Source of the DNA: a virus
Virus record (IMG/VR): IMGVR_UViG_3300010371_000002
Coordinates: 29,961-93,960 of that record
Reading direction: 5' to 3' (one strand)
Length of the DNA stretch: 64,000 nt
Below the pieces are notes generated by a model. That model saw nothing but the letters and a program-made list of their open reading frames with translations, was not told where the DNA came from and made no database searches. Every line of letters begins with the position of its first letter. Position 1 is the stretch's first letter. This document shows, piece by piece, positions 57,612-64,000 of this stretch. Position numbers and translations under genes: made by a program.

Positions 57612-57941
57612 ATGGTAGGCTGGTGGGAATTCGAATATTGGGAGATGACGCAAATGAGCGAATTGGACGACCCCGTAGCCCCAGAAATGAGCCCTCGCGA
57701 CCTTACCGCCCTTTTCCGGAGTCGGTGTGAATGGTGGGATGCCGTGGAGAACGCCCTCCTGAGTGGCGTGACGATTGTGCTGGAGCCCGCGATGCCGCGT
57801 TGTGTTCAGGCGATTCTGGTGGGAGATGCCATACTCGTTGACGCCCTGAGCTTCGGCGACAGAGGCCGGGTTACTGCGCTAGTGGCTGAGTTGGATCGCT
57901 GGAAGTTCCTCCGTTCCGCCGGTGCCGCCACGCCGTCGTAG
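57612..57941 (+). CDS. Hypothetical, degenerate ImmA/IrrE-like protein
   Basis: Between repressor and integrase; AILV...RVTALVAELDRW where HExxH would be expected. Confidence 0.4.
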   Translation: MVGWWEFEYWEMTQMSELDDPVAPEMSPRDLTALFRSRCEWWDAVENALLSGVTIVLEPAMPRCVQAILVGDAILVDALSFGDRGRVTALVAELDRWKFLRSAGAATPS

Positions 57942-58045
57942 CAGCATTCATCGCAATGCCTCACATGTTGTAGAACAGCCTCCGCCCAGGCTCCGTTCAC
58001 AACCCGCGTATTATTCGCAATCATTATCACTTAGGTTTCAAAAGC

Positions 58046-59845
58046 ATGACCAAGAAACGGTGTGTAATTGACAACTCTCAGGGGGCCATCGTCGGATATC
58101 TCCGCAAGTCGGACGTGAAGTTCCCGGCGAAATCGACCGTGGAAGAGAGGCGGAAAATCGTTGAAGACTTGAAGAGGTTCCGCACCTCGGAACTGATCCA
58201 GGATGCCGCGAATGCCGGTGTTGGCCCGATCACGGAATGGTACTGCGACATGGACATCTCCGGGACGGGCAAGTACCTCGACAAGCGGACAGACTTCTTG
58301 CGGATGACGCAGCGTGCGAAAGAGGGGAAGATACGGGTCGTTGTGACCCGCGACCTCTCCCGCGCCAACCGCTCACTCGTGAACAACGAAATCTGGATCG
58401 AAGAGCTCAAGCGATGCAATGTACAACTCATTGCGGAGGATCTGCCGCAGACAGGAAGCGAGTCCGTCAACAAACTCTCCCGGCGAAACCTGGGGGCGTT
58501 TTATGAATTCATGGCCGAACGTACCGGTGAGCTCATCCGCTCCCACCATTTCACGGAGGTCAGCGAGGGGCGTTGGGTCGGCCGCACGATCGACATGTGG
58601 GGGCTGCGATACAACCCGGAAACCAAAGGGTACGACTATGACCCGTTTACCGCCGACCGCGCCATCTTCGTCTACGAGACGTTCAACACATGCCTGGGCG
58701 TTGCGGGCGCGACGGCACGTGAGATGAACCGGCTCTATCAGGAGAACGCACCGCGGGCCACCCTGTCGCCGCGTGGCAGCGAATGGGCTACCGACATGGT
58801 GCTGGATTTCGTCCGGCTCTCCGTGTACCGCCGCAAAGCCTACTACACGCTCTGGGCAGACATCGGCGGCCGGCGCGAGCGGGAATCCTCGATCTCCGTG
58901 GACATGCCGCACTTGATCCCGGAAGTTATTCCGCCCGACATCGTTGCTGAGACGGACCGGTTTCTCGAAGAACGCGCTCCATGGCGCGAGGAGTTGCAGC
59001 AACGACAGAAAGCGGGGCGGCTGGAGCATACCTATACCGGGCTTCTCAAATGTGGCGACTGCGGGGCGAACATGGTCACGCTCAAGAACCCGGACGGGCG
59101 CGGCGGCAAAGGTGAGATCCGGTGGGTGTCGTGGCTCTGCCAGAATGCCGCCATGGGCGAATGCGTTCACCCCCGGAAGATCTCGACCCAGCAATACCGC
59201 CTCGACGCTCTCATTAAGCGCGCCATCCTGCTTGCCTTCGATCTGTCCAAAGAGGAACAGCAGGCGAAAAAGCGTCCGGCGAGATCAAGGGTTGCCCGTG
59301 GTACCGAGAACATGGATCGGCAACTCGCGGAGATTGACCGGCGGATTGCGGCGGCGGAGCAGATGTATGAGGGCGGCTCCATTGGATACACATGGGAGAA
59401 ATTACAATCTCGCTTAGGACAATTGACGGAAGAGCGTAACCGGCTATTAGCGCTAAAAACTGTCGATGAACCGGAGAAAATCAGCACCGCGACTCTGACG
59501 CCGAAACAATGGCGGGAAATGCGAGAGCGGATCGATTTGATTTGGGATAGTGATGAGATCTGCTTCGACAAGAGCAAGAGCGCATACCTGCGGACACTGG
59601 GGCTCAGGGCCGACGTTGTTGTGAGCGTGAGGGCACCCAAACGGCGACGTGCCGGGAACGAGCGCCAGTACCCGGGGCCGGTCACCGTAAGAGTGCATGT
59701 GGAGGCACTGGGGCGCACCGATGAAAGGGCTATCGAGATCTCGGAGACCGAGGAGGAGTTCAAGGCATATGCGCACTGGAGGGCTTCTTTTGGCAACATG
59801 GGCGGGCGTCCACGCAAAAAACCCGTAGGGATTAGTGATGGTTAG
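58046..59845 (+). CDS. Large serine recombinase (integrase)
   Basis: YLRKS catalytic Ser; D.DISG...R..F..M, VVTRDLSRANR; recombinase domain; GLLKCGDCG Zn ribbon; coiled coil. Confidence 0.93.
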   Translation: MTKKRCVIDNSQGAIVGYLRKSDVKFPAKSTVEERRKIVEDLKRFRTSELIQDAANAGVGPITEWYCDMDISGTGKYLDKRTDFLRMTQRAKEGKIRVVVTRDLSRANRSLVNNEIWIEELKRCNVQLIAEDLPQTGSESVNKLSRRNLGAFYEFMAERTGELIRSHHFTEVSEGRWVGRTIDMWGLRYNPETKGYDYDPFTADRAIFVYETFNTCLGVAGATAREMNRLYQENAPRATLSPRGSEWATDMVLDFVRLSVYRRKAYYTLWADIGGRRERESSISVDMPHLIPEVIPPDIVAETDRFLEERAPWREELQQRQKAGRLEHTYTGLLKCGDCGANMVTLKNPDGRGGKGEIRWVSWLCQNAAMGECVHPRKISTQQYRLDALIKRAILLAFDLSKEEQQAKKRPARSRVARGTENMDRQLAEIDRRIAAAEQMYEGGSIGYTWEKLQSRLGQLTEERNRLLALKTVDEPEKISTATLTPKQWREMRERIDLIWDSDEICFDKSKSAYLRTLGLRADVVVSVRAPKRRRAGNERQYPGPVTVRVHVEALGRTDERAIEISETEEEFKAYAHWRASFGNMGGRPRKKPVGISDG

Positions 59846-59887
59846 GGAAACTTCCCATGACATGTGTAATCCTCATGGGTTTTTGCG
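59813..59887. other. Candidate attP site
   Basis: Long imperfect inverted repeat CGCAAAAAACCCgtAGGgATTA ... TAATCCTcaTGGGTTTTTGCG centred near GGGAAACTTCCC, at the integrase 3' end. Confidence 0.55.
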
Positions 59888-59893
59888 ATCTGA

Positions 59894-60469
59894 TCAAGTA
59901 TAAAGCTCAACTATTGAGTGCGGCAGCATGAACTCTTCAATATCGGGCAGCGGCTCTCCATAGAAGCGCCGTCTGGCTCGCGACACCTTGGCATGATATG
60001 CCCGGAGATCAGGTATAAATCCGATTTCGTCAGCGAGGTGCGGCTGCATGGCGCAACCAAATATGCTGTCTCGGACGTCACGCAGACACTTGAAAGCGGT
60101 TTTCGGGTTCATGTATTCACCACATGATTCCGTCGCCAGAAACTTCACGGCCTGATTCCACGCGAACTCCCACATGGGGCCACCGTCGCGCTGATAAGCT
60201 AAAAAGTCGTGCTCATTCATTGGGGCTTTTTCGTGACATTGGTGGCAGAGTGTAATTATATTGTTGAGTTCGTCTCGTCCACCAAGAAACAGCGGGTGGA
60301 CGTGATGACCCTCTGTATCGGGGCTGAACACGCCACACACCTGACAGATCCCGCAATCCCTGGCCCTGGCAATCTGGATGAGAATGGTATCGCGCTTTAA
60401 CTTTGCCGGTCGTTTTGCTGCCCTGTCCGCAAGGTAATTCGCCAAGTTAAACGGCTTCGAGCTTTTCAT
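59894..60469 (-). CDS. HNH endonuclease
   Basis: RDCGICQVCG...EGHHVHPLFLGGRDELNNIITLCHQCH. Confidence 0.85.
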   Translation of the reverse strand: MKSSKPFNLANYLADRAAKRPAKLKRDTILIQIARARDCGICQVCGVFSPDTEGHHVHPLFLGGRDELNNIITLCHQCHEKAPMNEHDFLAYQRDGGPMWEFAWNQAVKFLATESCGEYMNPKTAFKCLRDVRDSIFGCAMQPHLADEIGFIPDLRAYHAKVSRARRRFYGEPLPDIEEFMLPHSIVELYT

Positions 60470-60522
60470 ATGGCCCCCTGAACCATGACAAACAATTGTT
60501 TGCTTTTGGGTATTCTACCCTC

Positions 60523-60939
60523 ATGTCTATCTCCGATGCACCAGAAGACCCTATCCTCCGAGCTGCCTACGAATCCGGCCGCGCCAGCCGCCAGGGCCAA
60601 ATCGACGCCCAGGCCCAACAACTCCACGACCTCTACGCCATGCAGAAATCTCTCACCGACGAAATCCGTACGCTCCGGGAAGTCTGTACCGCGCAAATGC
60701 GCTGGGAACGATTCTGCGAAAAGATCGCCGATTGTTTCGAAGATGTTGAGGGAGAGACGAGGTTGAGGGATTCTGATAAGAGTCGGTATCGGGGGCTTGT
60801 GCGGCAGGTTGTGCTGGAGGTACGGCGTGTCAGGCGTGAAATGGGCAACGAGACGGACGAAGAACTCCGGGCCAGAGGTGTAGACCCGGAGATATACCGC
60901 AGAAAGTTCCTGGAAGAACGTGGTGAGACATTGCCCTGA
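60523..60939 (+). CDS. Hypothetical coiled-coil protein (probably leaderless)
   Basis: TATTCT (60511-16), 6 nt, then ATG 60523. Confidence 0.6.
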   Translation: MSISDAPEDPILRAAYESGRASRQGQIDAQAQQLHDLYAMQKSLTDEIRTLREVCTAQMRWERFCEKIADCFEDVEGETRLRDSDKSRYRGLVRQVVLEVRRVRREMGNETDEELRARGVDPEIYRRKFLEERGETLP

Positions 60940-60943
60940 CACG

Positions 60944-61168
60944 TCAATCCACCGAATTCTTTTGGCCCCCCTTGGCACTCCTTCTCGTTCGCGGCTTACT
61001 ATCCTTCACCCCTGGTGGTCTGCCACCCTTCTTGCCGTTCTCCCGTGACGCCGGATTTCGTATCCCTTTGGGCTTCCTTGCGCTGACCGCCGCGCCCACG
61101 ATGCTCCACGCATCCGCATCCCCGCTTTCCAACAGAGTCCGCAGCCATTCCTTCTCATCTTCGCTCAT
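60944..61168 (-). CDS. Small basic DNA-binding protein with KGG/AT-hook-like motif
   Basis: ASRENGKKGGRPPG; leaderless from minus-strand promoter. Confidence 0.7.
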   Translation of the reverse strand: MSEDEKEWLRTLLESGDADAWSIVGAAVSARKPKGIRNPASRENGKKGGRPPGVKDSKPRTRRSAKGGQKNSVD

Positions 61169-61174
61169 GTCCGT

Positions 61175-61237
61175 ATTATAATCCGGTTAGGTTTTTACGT
61201 CAACCCTATTGACATCCTAATCCGGTTAGGTTATAAT
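61175..61237. promoter_or_regulatory. Back-to-back sigma70 promoters, each overlapping an identical 15-bp operator
   Basis: Minus TTGACG-17-TATAAT; plus TTGACA-17-TATAAT; TAATCCGGTTAGGTT at 61179 and 61218. Confidence 0.85.
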
Positions 61238-61263
61238 AGAGTCAGGTAAGCGAAATTACTCCG

Positions 61264-61647
61264 ATGGAGAACAACGAGATGGCGACCGCAACAATTACCA
61301 ACCGCAAAAGCAAGAAGTTGCTCCACCAGCTTCAGAAACAGTACCTCACGGCGAAGGCTGCCTACGATACCAATCTCACCCTCGCGAATGAGTACAGCGC
61401 CACGCTCGACTTTGATGCCGATTTCGACGCGGCATACGACAAGAGCGAAGAGTATTTGGCCTCCCTGAACCACGACGCGGTCTATGCGGCTTTCCGGCAG
61501 GCTGGCGACGATCTGCTGGCCGAAGCGCGCAACTTTTCCGAGGGATTTCCGCGCTGCTTCCAGAAGGATATCGCCACGGCGTTTGACGCGGCCAAAGAGC
61601 GGCACGACATCCGGGAAAGCCTGCTCGATCTTTGCGTGAGACTATGA
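61264..61647 (+). CDS. Hypothetical acidic helical protein
   Basis: First gene after consensus promoter. Confidence 0.7.
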   Translation: MENNEMATATITNRKSKKLLHQLQKQYLTAKAAYDTNLTLANEYSATLDFDADFDAAYDKSEEYLASLNHDAVYAAFRQAGDDLLAEARNFSEGFPRCFQKDIATAFDAAKERHDIRESLLDLCVRL

Positions 61648-61661
61648 AAGGGGTTACTCTA

Positions 61662-61949
61662 ATGGCGAAAACAACAACTGAACCGCGTGTGCGCTTCAAC
61701 TGGGGATTCCATGATGCCACGCACGCCGTGATGCAGGGATGGCATAAGAAACCGGGCATGGGCTTTCTGGCTGGCGGCGCGTTGGAAGCGGTCACAAAGC
61801 CGAGCGAGGTGCTTGAACTGCACCCTGACAGCGAATATGCGCAGGGATGGCTGTACGGCTACGATGTAGCGATCACGACCGGCGAACGGCCCGAATCGAG
61901 TGAGCCCGCATGGCAGGAATACCAGACCGGCTCAAAGTGGCATTCTTAG
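61662..61949 (+). CDS. Hypothetical protein
   Basis: RFNWGFHDA...YAQGWLYGY...SSEPAW. Confidence 0.7.
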   Translation: MAKTTTEPRVRFNWGFHDATHAVMQGWHKKPGMGFLAGGALEAVTKPSEVLELHPDSEYAQGWLYGYDVAITTGERPESSEPAWQEYQTGSKWHS

Positions 61950-61962
61950 AGGAGATACTCTA

Positions 61963-62172
61963 ATGGCGAAACCAACAATTAATATTCCGCGAGATGTGGT
62001 GTTCAGTGGGGCTGCCTTCGGGGTGGCCCAGGGTTACATACTGGCGTGGGGAGGCGGTGTGGCCCAACCGGAGCCGACTGTGCATGAATTGTGGCTGTTG
62101 CCCGCGATGATGGTCTGGTTTGTGGCATTGTGCTATATGCTCTGCCGCATGACGACAAAGGATATCCGATGA
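61963..62172 (+). CDS. Small two-TM membrane protein
   Basis: SD GAGGAG; two hydrophobic segments. Confidence 0.6.
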   Translation: MAKPTINIPRDVVFSGAAFGVAQGYILAWGGGVAQPEPTVHELWLLPAMMVWFVALCYMLCRMTTKDIR

Positions 62173-62188
62173 AAGGAAATCTGGTTCA

Positions 62189-62551
62189 ATGAGTGAAGAC
62201 GTTTTTGCAATGATGGATAAAGACAAACTCTATCGTTACGGCTGCCCAAAACATATCGTCGTTGGGAACATGCGGAATTGCCCCGACTGCCAGGCCATGC
62301 CGCTTTTGACATTATCCGAGCACGCGGCAATCGCTGAAGCAGGATGCGCAGATCGCATGGCCCATCTTGAGCGCGTAAGGGCGCGAATGAAGGCGATGAA
62401 GCTATCAGGGAGCCACTTGGCGTCGTGCCTGTATCGCAGTCCGTCGTTCATCAATAGCTGTCTTCGTGGCAACTATCCAGGCTACGGCATGGCGTATGTC
62501 CCGGTCTATTTGGAAAGAGAATTGCGTGGGAGAGGCATTTGGGAAGATTGA
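62189..62551 (+). CDS. Zn-finger + XRE-like HTH protein
   Basis: CPKH...CPDC; LSGSHLASCLYRSPSFINSCLRG. Confidence 0.6.
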   Translation: MSEDVFAMMDKDKLYRYGCPKHIVVGNMRNCPDCQAMPLLTLSEHAAIAEAGCADRMAHLERVRARMKAMKLSGSHLASCLYRSPSFINSCLRGNYPGYGMAYVPVYLERELRGRGIWED

Positions 62552-62552
62552 A

Positions 62553-62966
62553 TTACCTGAGCCTGGGATATTTACGCTGAAGTCGCGCCATCACAAACCG
62601 CGCCGATTCCCCCGGATTCTCGCTATCTCTCTTACCATGTTCCGCAGCCGCTGCCCCCGATTCAAACAAAGGCACCGCCGCAACCGGAACTTCTGGTGAA
62701 CCCAACAGCCTCAATGCCAATAGATCATTCTCATGACCGCGATTTGAATGGACGACGGCCCATCCATGGCAAAGGCGCTCCGGTGTCGCATGGCATGAGA
62801 ATGAGGCCATTGGTTGCAGTGGCGTTGGGGCATCGTAGGCCGTGAGCTTGTCATACTCCCCACTGGCCCATATGCCGGATGGAACATCTTTTCGGTAGGG
62901 ACATACCGCGCAGGGATGCTCCCGAATCTCACACCGATTACCCATTGGTATCAACGACCTCCACAA
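62553..62966 (-). CDS. DUF6283-like protein
   Basis: PCAVCPYRKDVPSGIW..GEYDKL..YD...FSCH...CHGW...PLFESG.AAAEHG. Confidence 0.7.
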   Translation of the reverse strand: MWRSLIPMGNRCEIREHPCAVCPYRKDVPSGIWASGEYDKLTAYDAPTPLQPMASFSCHATPERLCHGWAVVHSNRGHENDLLALRLLGSPEVPVAAVPLFESGAAAAEHGKRDSENPGESARFVMARLQRKYPRLR

Positions 62967-63342
62967 ACCTTAATCCGGTCTCCAGGTTCGTAACCTCGAA
63001 ACAACATCCCCGCTCGAAGTGACCACCCCGATGAACCATCCCAAACGGCCTTTGGATCGGCACATAATTGACGGCATTCGTGTCCGGCTGCCAGGATGTT
63101 TTAACTCTCTCAATAGCCCGTCCGAGTTTCTTACCATCCGTCAGCATCCCAATCCGCTGCAGGGTCCGCAAATGGGTCTGTACGGTGGAGGAGGATCTCA
63201 GGCCGACATGTTGGGCGATTTCTCGGACTGTAGGAGGATAGCCATGTTGATCCCGGAACGCCTGAATGGTGGTCAGGATCTGCCGCTGACGAGTGCTGAG
63301 AGGTGGGATCGTTTTAGGCATCAATTTATGCACCTTTTCCAA
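62938..63342 (-). CDS. LexA-like winged-HTH protein (DNA-binding domain only)
   Basis: LSTRQRQIL..I..F...HGYPPTVREIAQHVGLRSSSTVQTHL..L...G. Confidence 0.85.
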   Translation of the reverse strand: MEKVHKLMPKTIPPLSTRQRQILTTIQAFRDQHGYPPTVREIAQHVGLRSSSTVQTHLRTLQRIGMLTDGKKLGRAIERVKTSWQPDTNAVNYVPIQRPFGMVHRGGHFERGCCFEVTNLETGLRFVEVVDTNG

Positions 63343-63601
63343 TACCGGATTTCGATACCCTTGATGTAAAAGTGCGCTTCACCATTTTCTGCATATATCG
63401 CTTTATCCTCTCCCGCCATGGCCTTGGGATCGCAAGCATATCCTGCCTGTGAATTCCGTCAACCAGAAGGCTCGACAGTCCAACTAAACGATACCTTTCC
63501 AGAAATTGCGCATTCTCGGCGGTTGGGGCAAAGAGGGTGCCATCGACTTGTCGTAGCAACTTTCCATCTTGATTGCTCCAGATAAACATCACAGATTTCA
63601 T
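63326..63601 (-). CDS. Hypothetical protein
   Basis: In-operon ORF. Confidence 0.45.
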   Translation of the reverse strand: MKSVMFIWSNQDGKLLRQVDGTLFAPTAENAQFLERYRLVGLSSLLVDGIHRQDMLAIPRPWRERIKRYMQKMVKRTFTSRVSKSGIGKGA

Positions 63602-63613
63602 GGATTCCCTCGC

Positions 63614-63982
63614 TCACGATGGCGGTGCTTTCCGCTTGCGTTCCTTCTGGATGGCTTCGATCCTGTCAAGCTGATCATCCGTCATCGCGCCCATTTTATA
63701 GGCCATCCATCGAATCCGCGCCTGACGCAGAACGAGAACACTTTCAGCGGCAATGACTTCCTCATCGTCAGGTAGCAAATACTCACCCGCCGAGCGGCTT
63801 GTATTTGCTCGATTTACGCGCCAGACGCTATTGGTAATGCGAATATATTTCTCGTCGGAATCGGCTTTGACCTTGTTATGCTCAATCCTAGCGCGGTTGC
63901 CGGATTTGGCCGTGATGGTTACGACGGTGTCCCCCGGTTTTAGCGATTGGAGCCACGCGGCCCGCTCCGTGTCAACGGTCAT
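63614..63982 (-). CDS. Hypothetical protein
   Basis: WLQSLKPGD.V; SD GGAGG upstream. Confidence 0.6.
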   Translation of the reverse strand: MTVDTERAAWLQSLKPGDTVVTITAKSGNRARIEHNKVKADSDEKYIRITNSVWRVNRANTSRSAGEYLLPDDEEVIAAESVLVLRQARIRWMAYKMGAMTDDQLDRIEAIQKERKRKAPPS

Positions 63983-64000
63983 TGGTGGCCTCCAGCTGTC

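Noticed and set aside
1-64000. Diversity-generating retroelement, retron, tail sheath or lysis cassette
   Set aside because: No reverse transcriptase motifs, TR/VR pair, sheath-sized gene or recognisable endolysin/holin seen; lysis genes may lie outside the window.
59846-64000. Host chromosome beyond the integrase (prophage boundary)
   Set aside because: Genes there are small phage-type ORFs (HNH, DUF6283-like, truncated LexA), not housekeeping genes.

Overview
The whole window reads as one temperate tailed phage genome segment of GC-rich DNA. It is siphovirus-like: it has a tail tube, a frameshifted tail chaperone and a tape measure, and I recognised no sheath. Most genes are on the minus strand. 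From right to left it carries accessory early genes with a divergent twin-promoter module (60-64 kb), a large serine integrase with a probable intact attP, and a CI/Cro switch (56.5-59.9 kb). Next come recombination, methylase and replication genes (Gam-like, SSAP, Dcm, Dam, RusA-like, ParB-like, primase-DUF3987, iteron origin) and a nucleotide-metabolism cluster (ThyX, DUF3310, NDT-like, metallophosphoesterase) interrupted by a TnpB-only IS200/IS605 element. The terminase, portal, head, neck and tail genes follow. Three features stand out. (1) An accessory island between portal and head genes carries a self-promoted ~142-nt tRNA-like RNA with expanded arms, a pseudoknotted leader RNA, an FkbM methyltransferase and two glycosyltransferases. 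(2) A 1179-aa head polyprotein fuses a MuF-like domain, an Acb1-like 2H phosphoesterase, a protease and a scaffold. (3) A small KGG/AT-hook-like protein lies beside back-to-back consensus promoters that drive a cassette-like operon of small ORFs. All functional calls come from motif recognition by eye; no database searches were run. I did not recognise a lysis cassette or any host genes.
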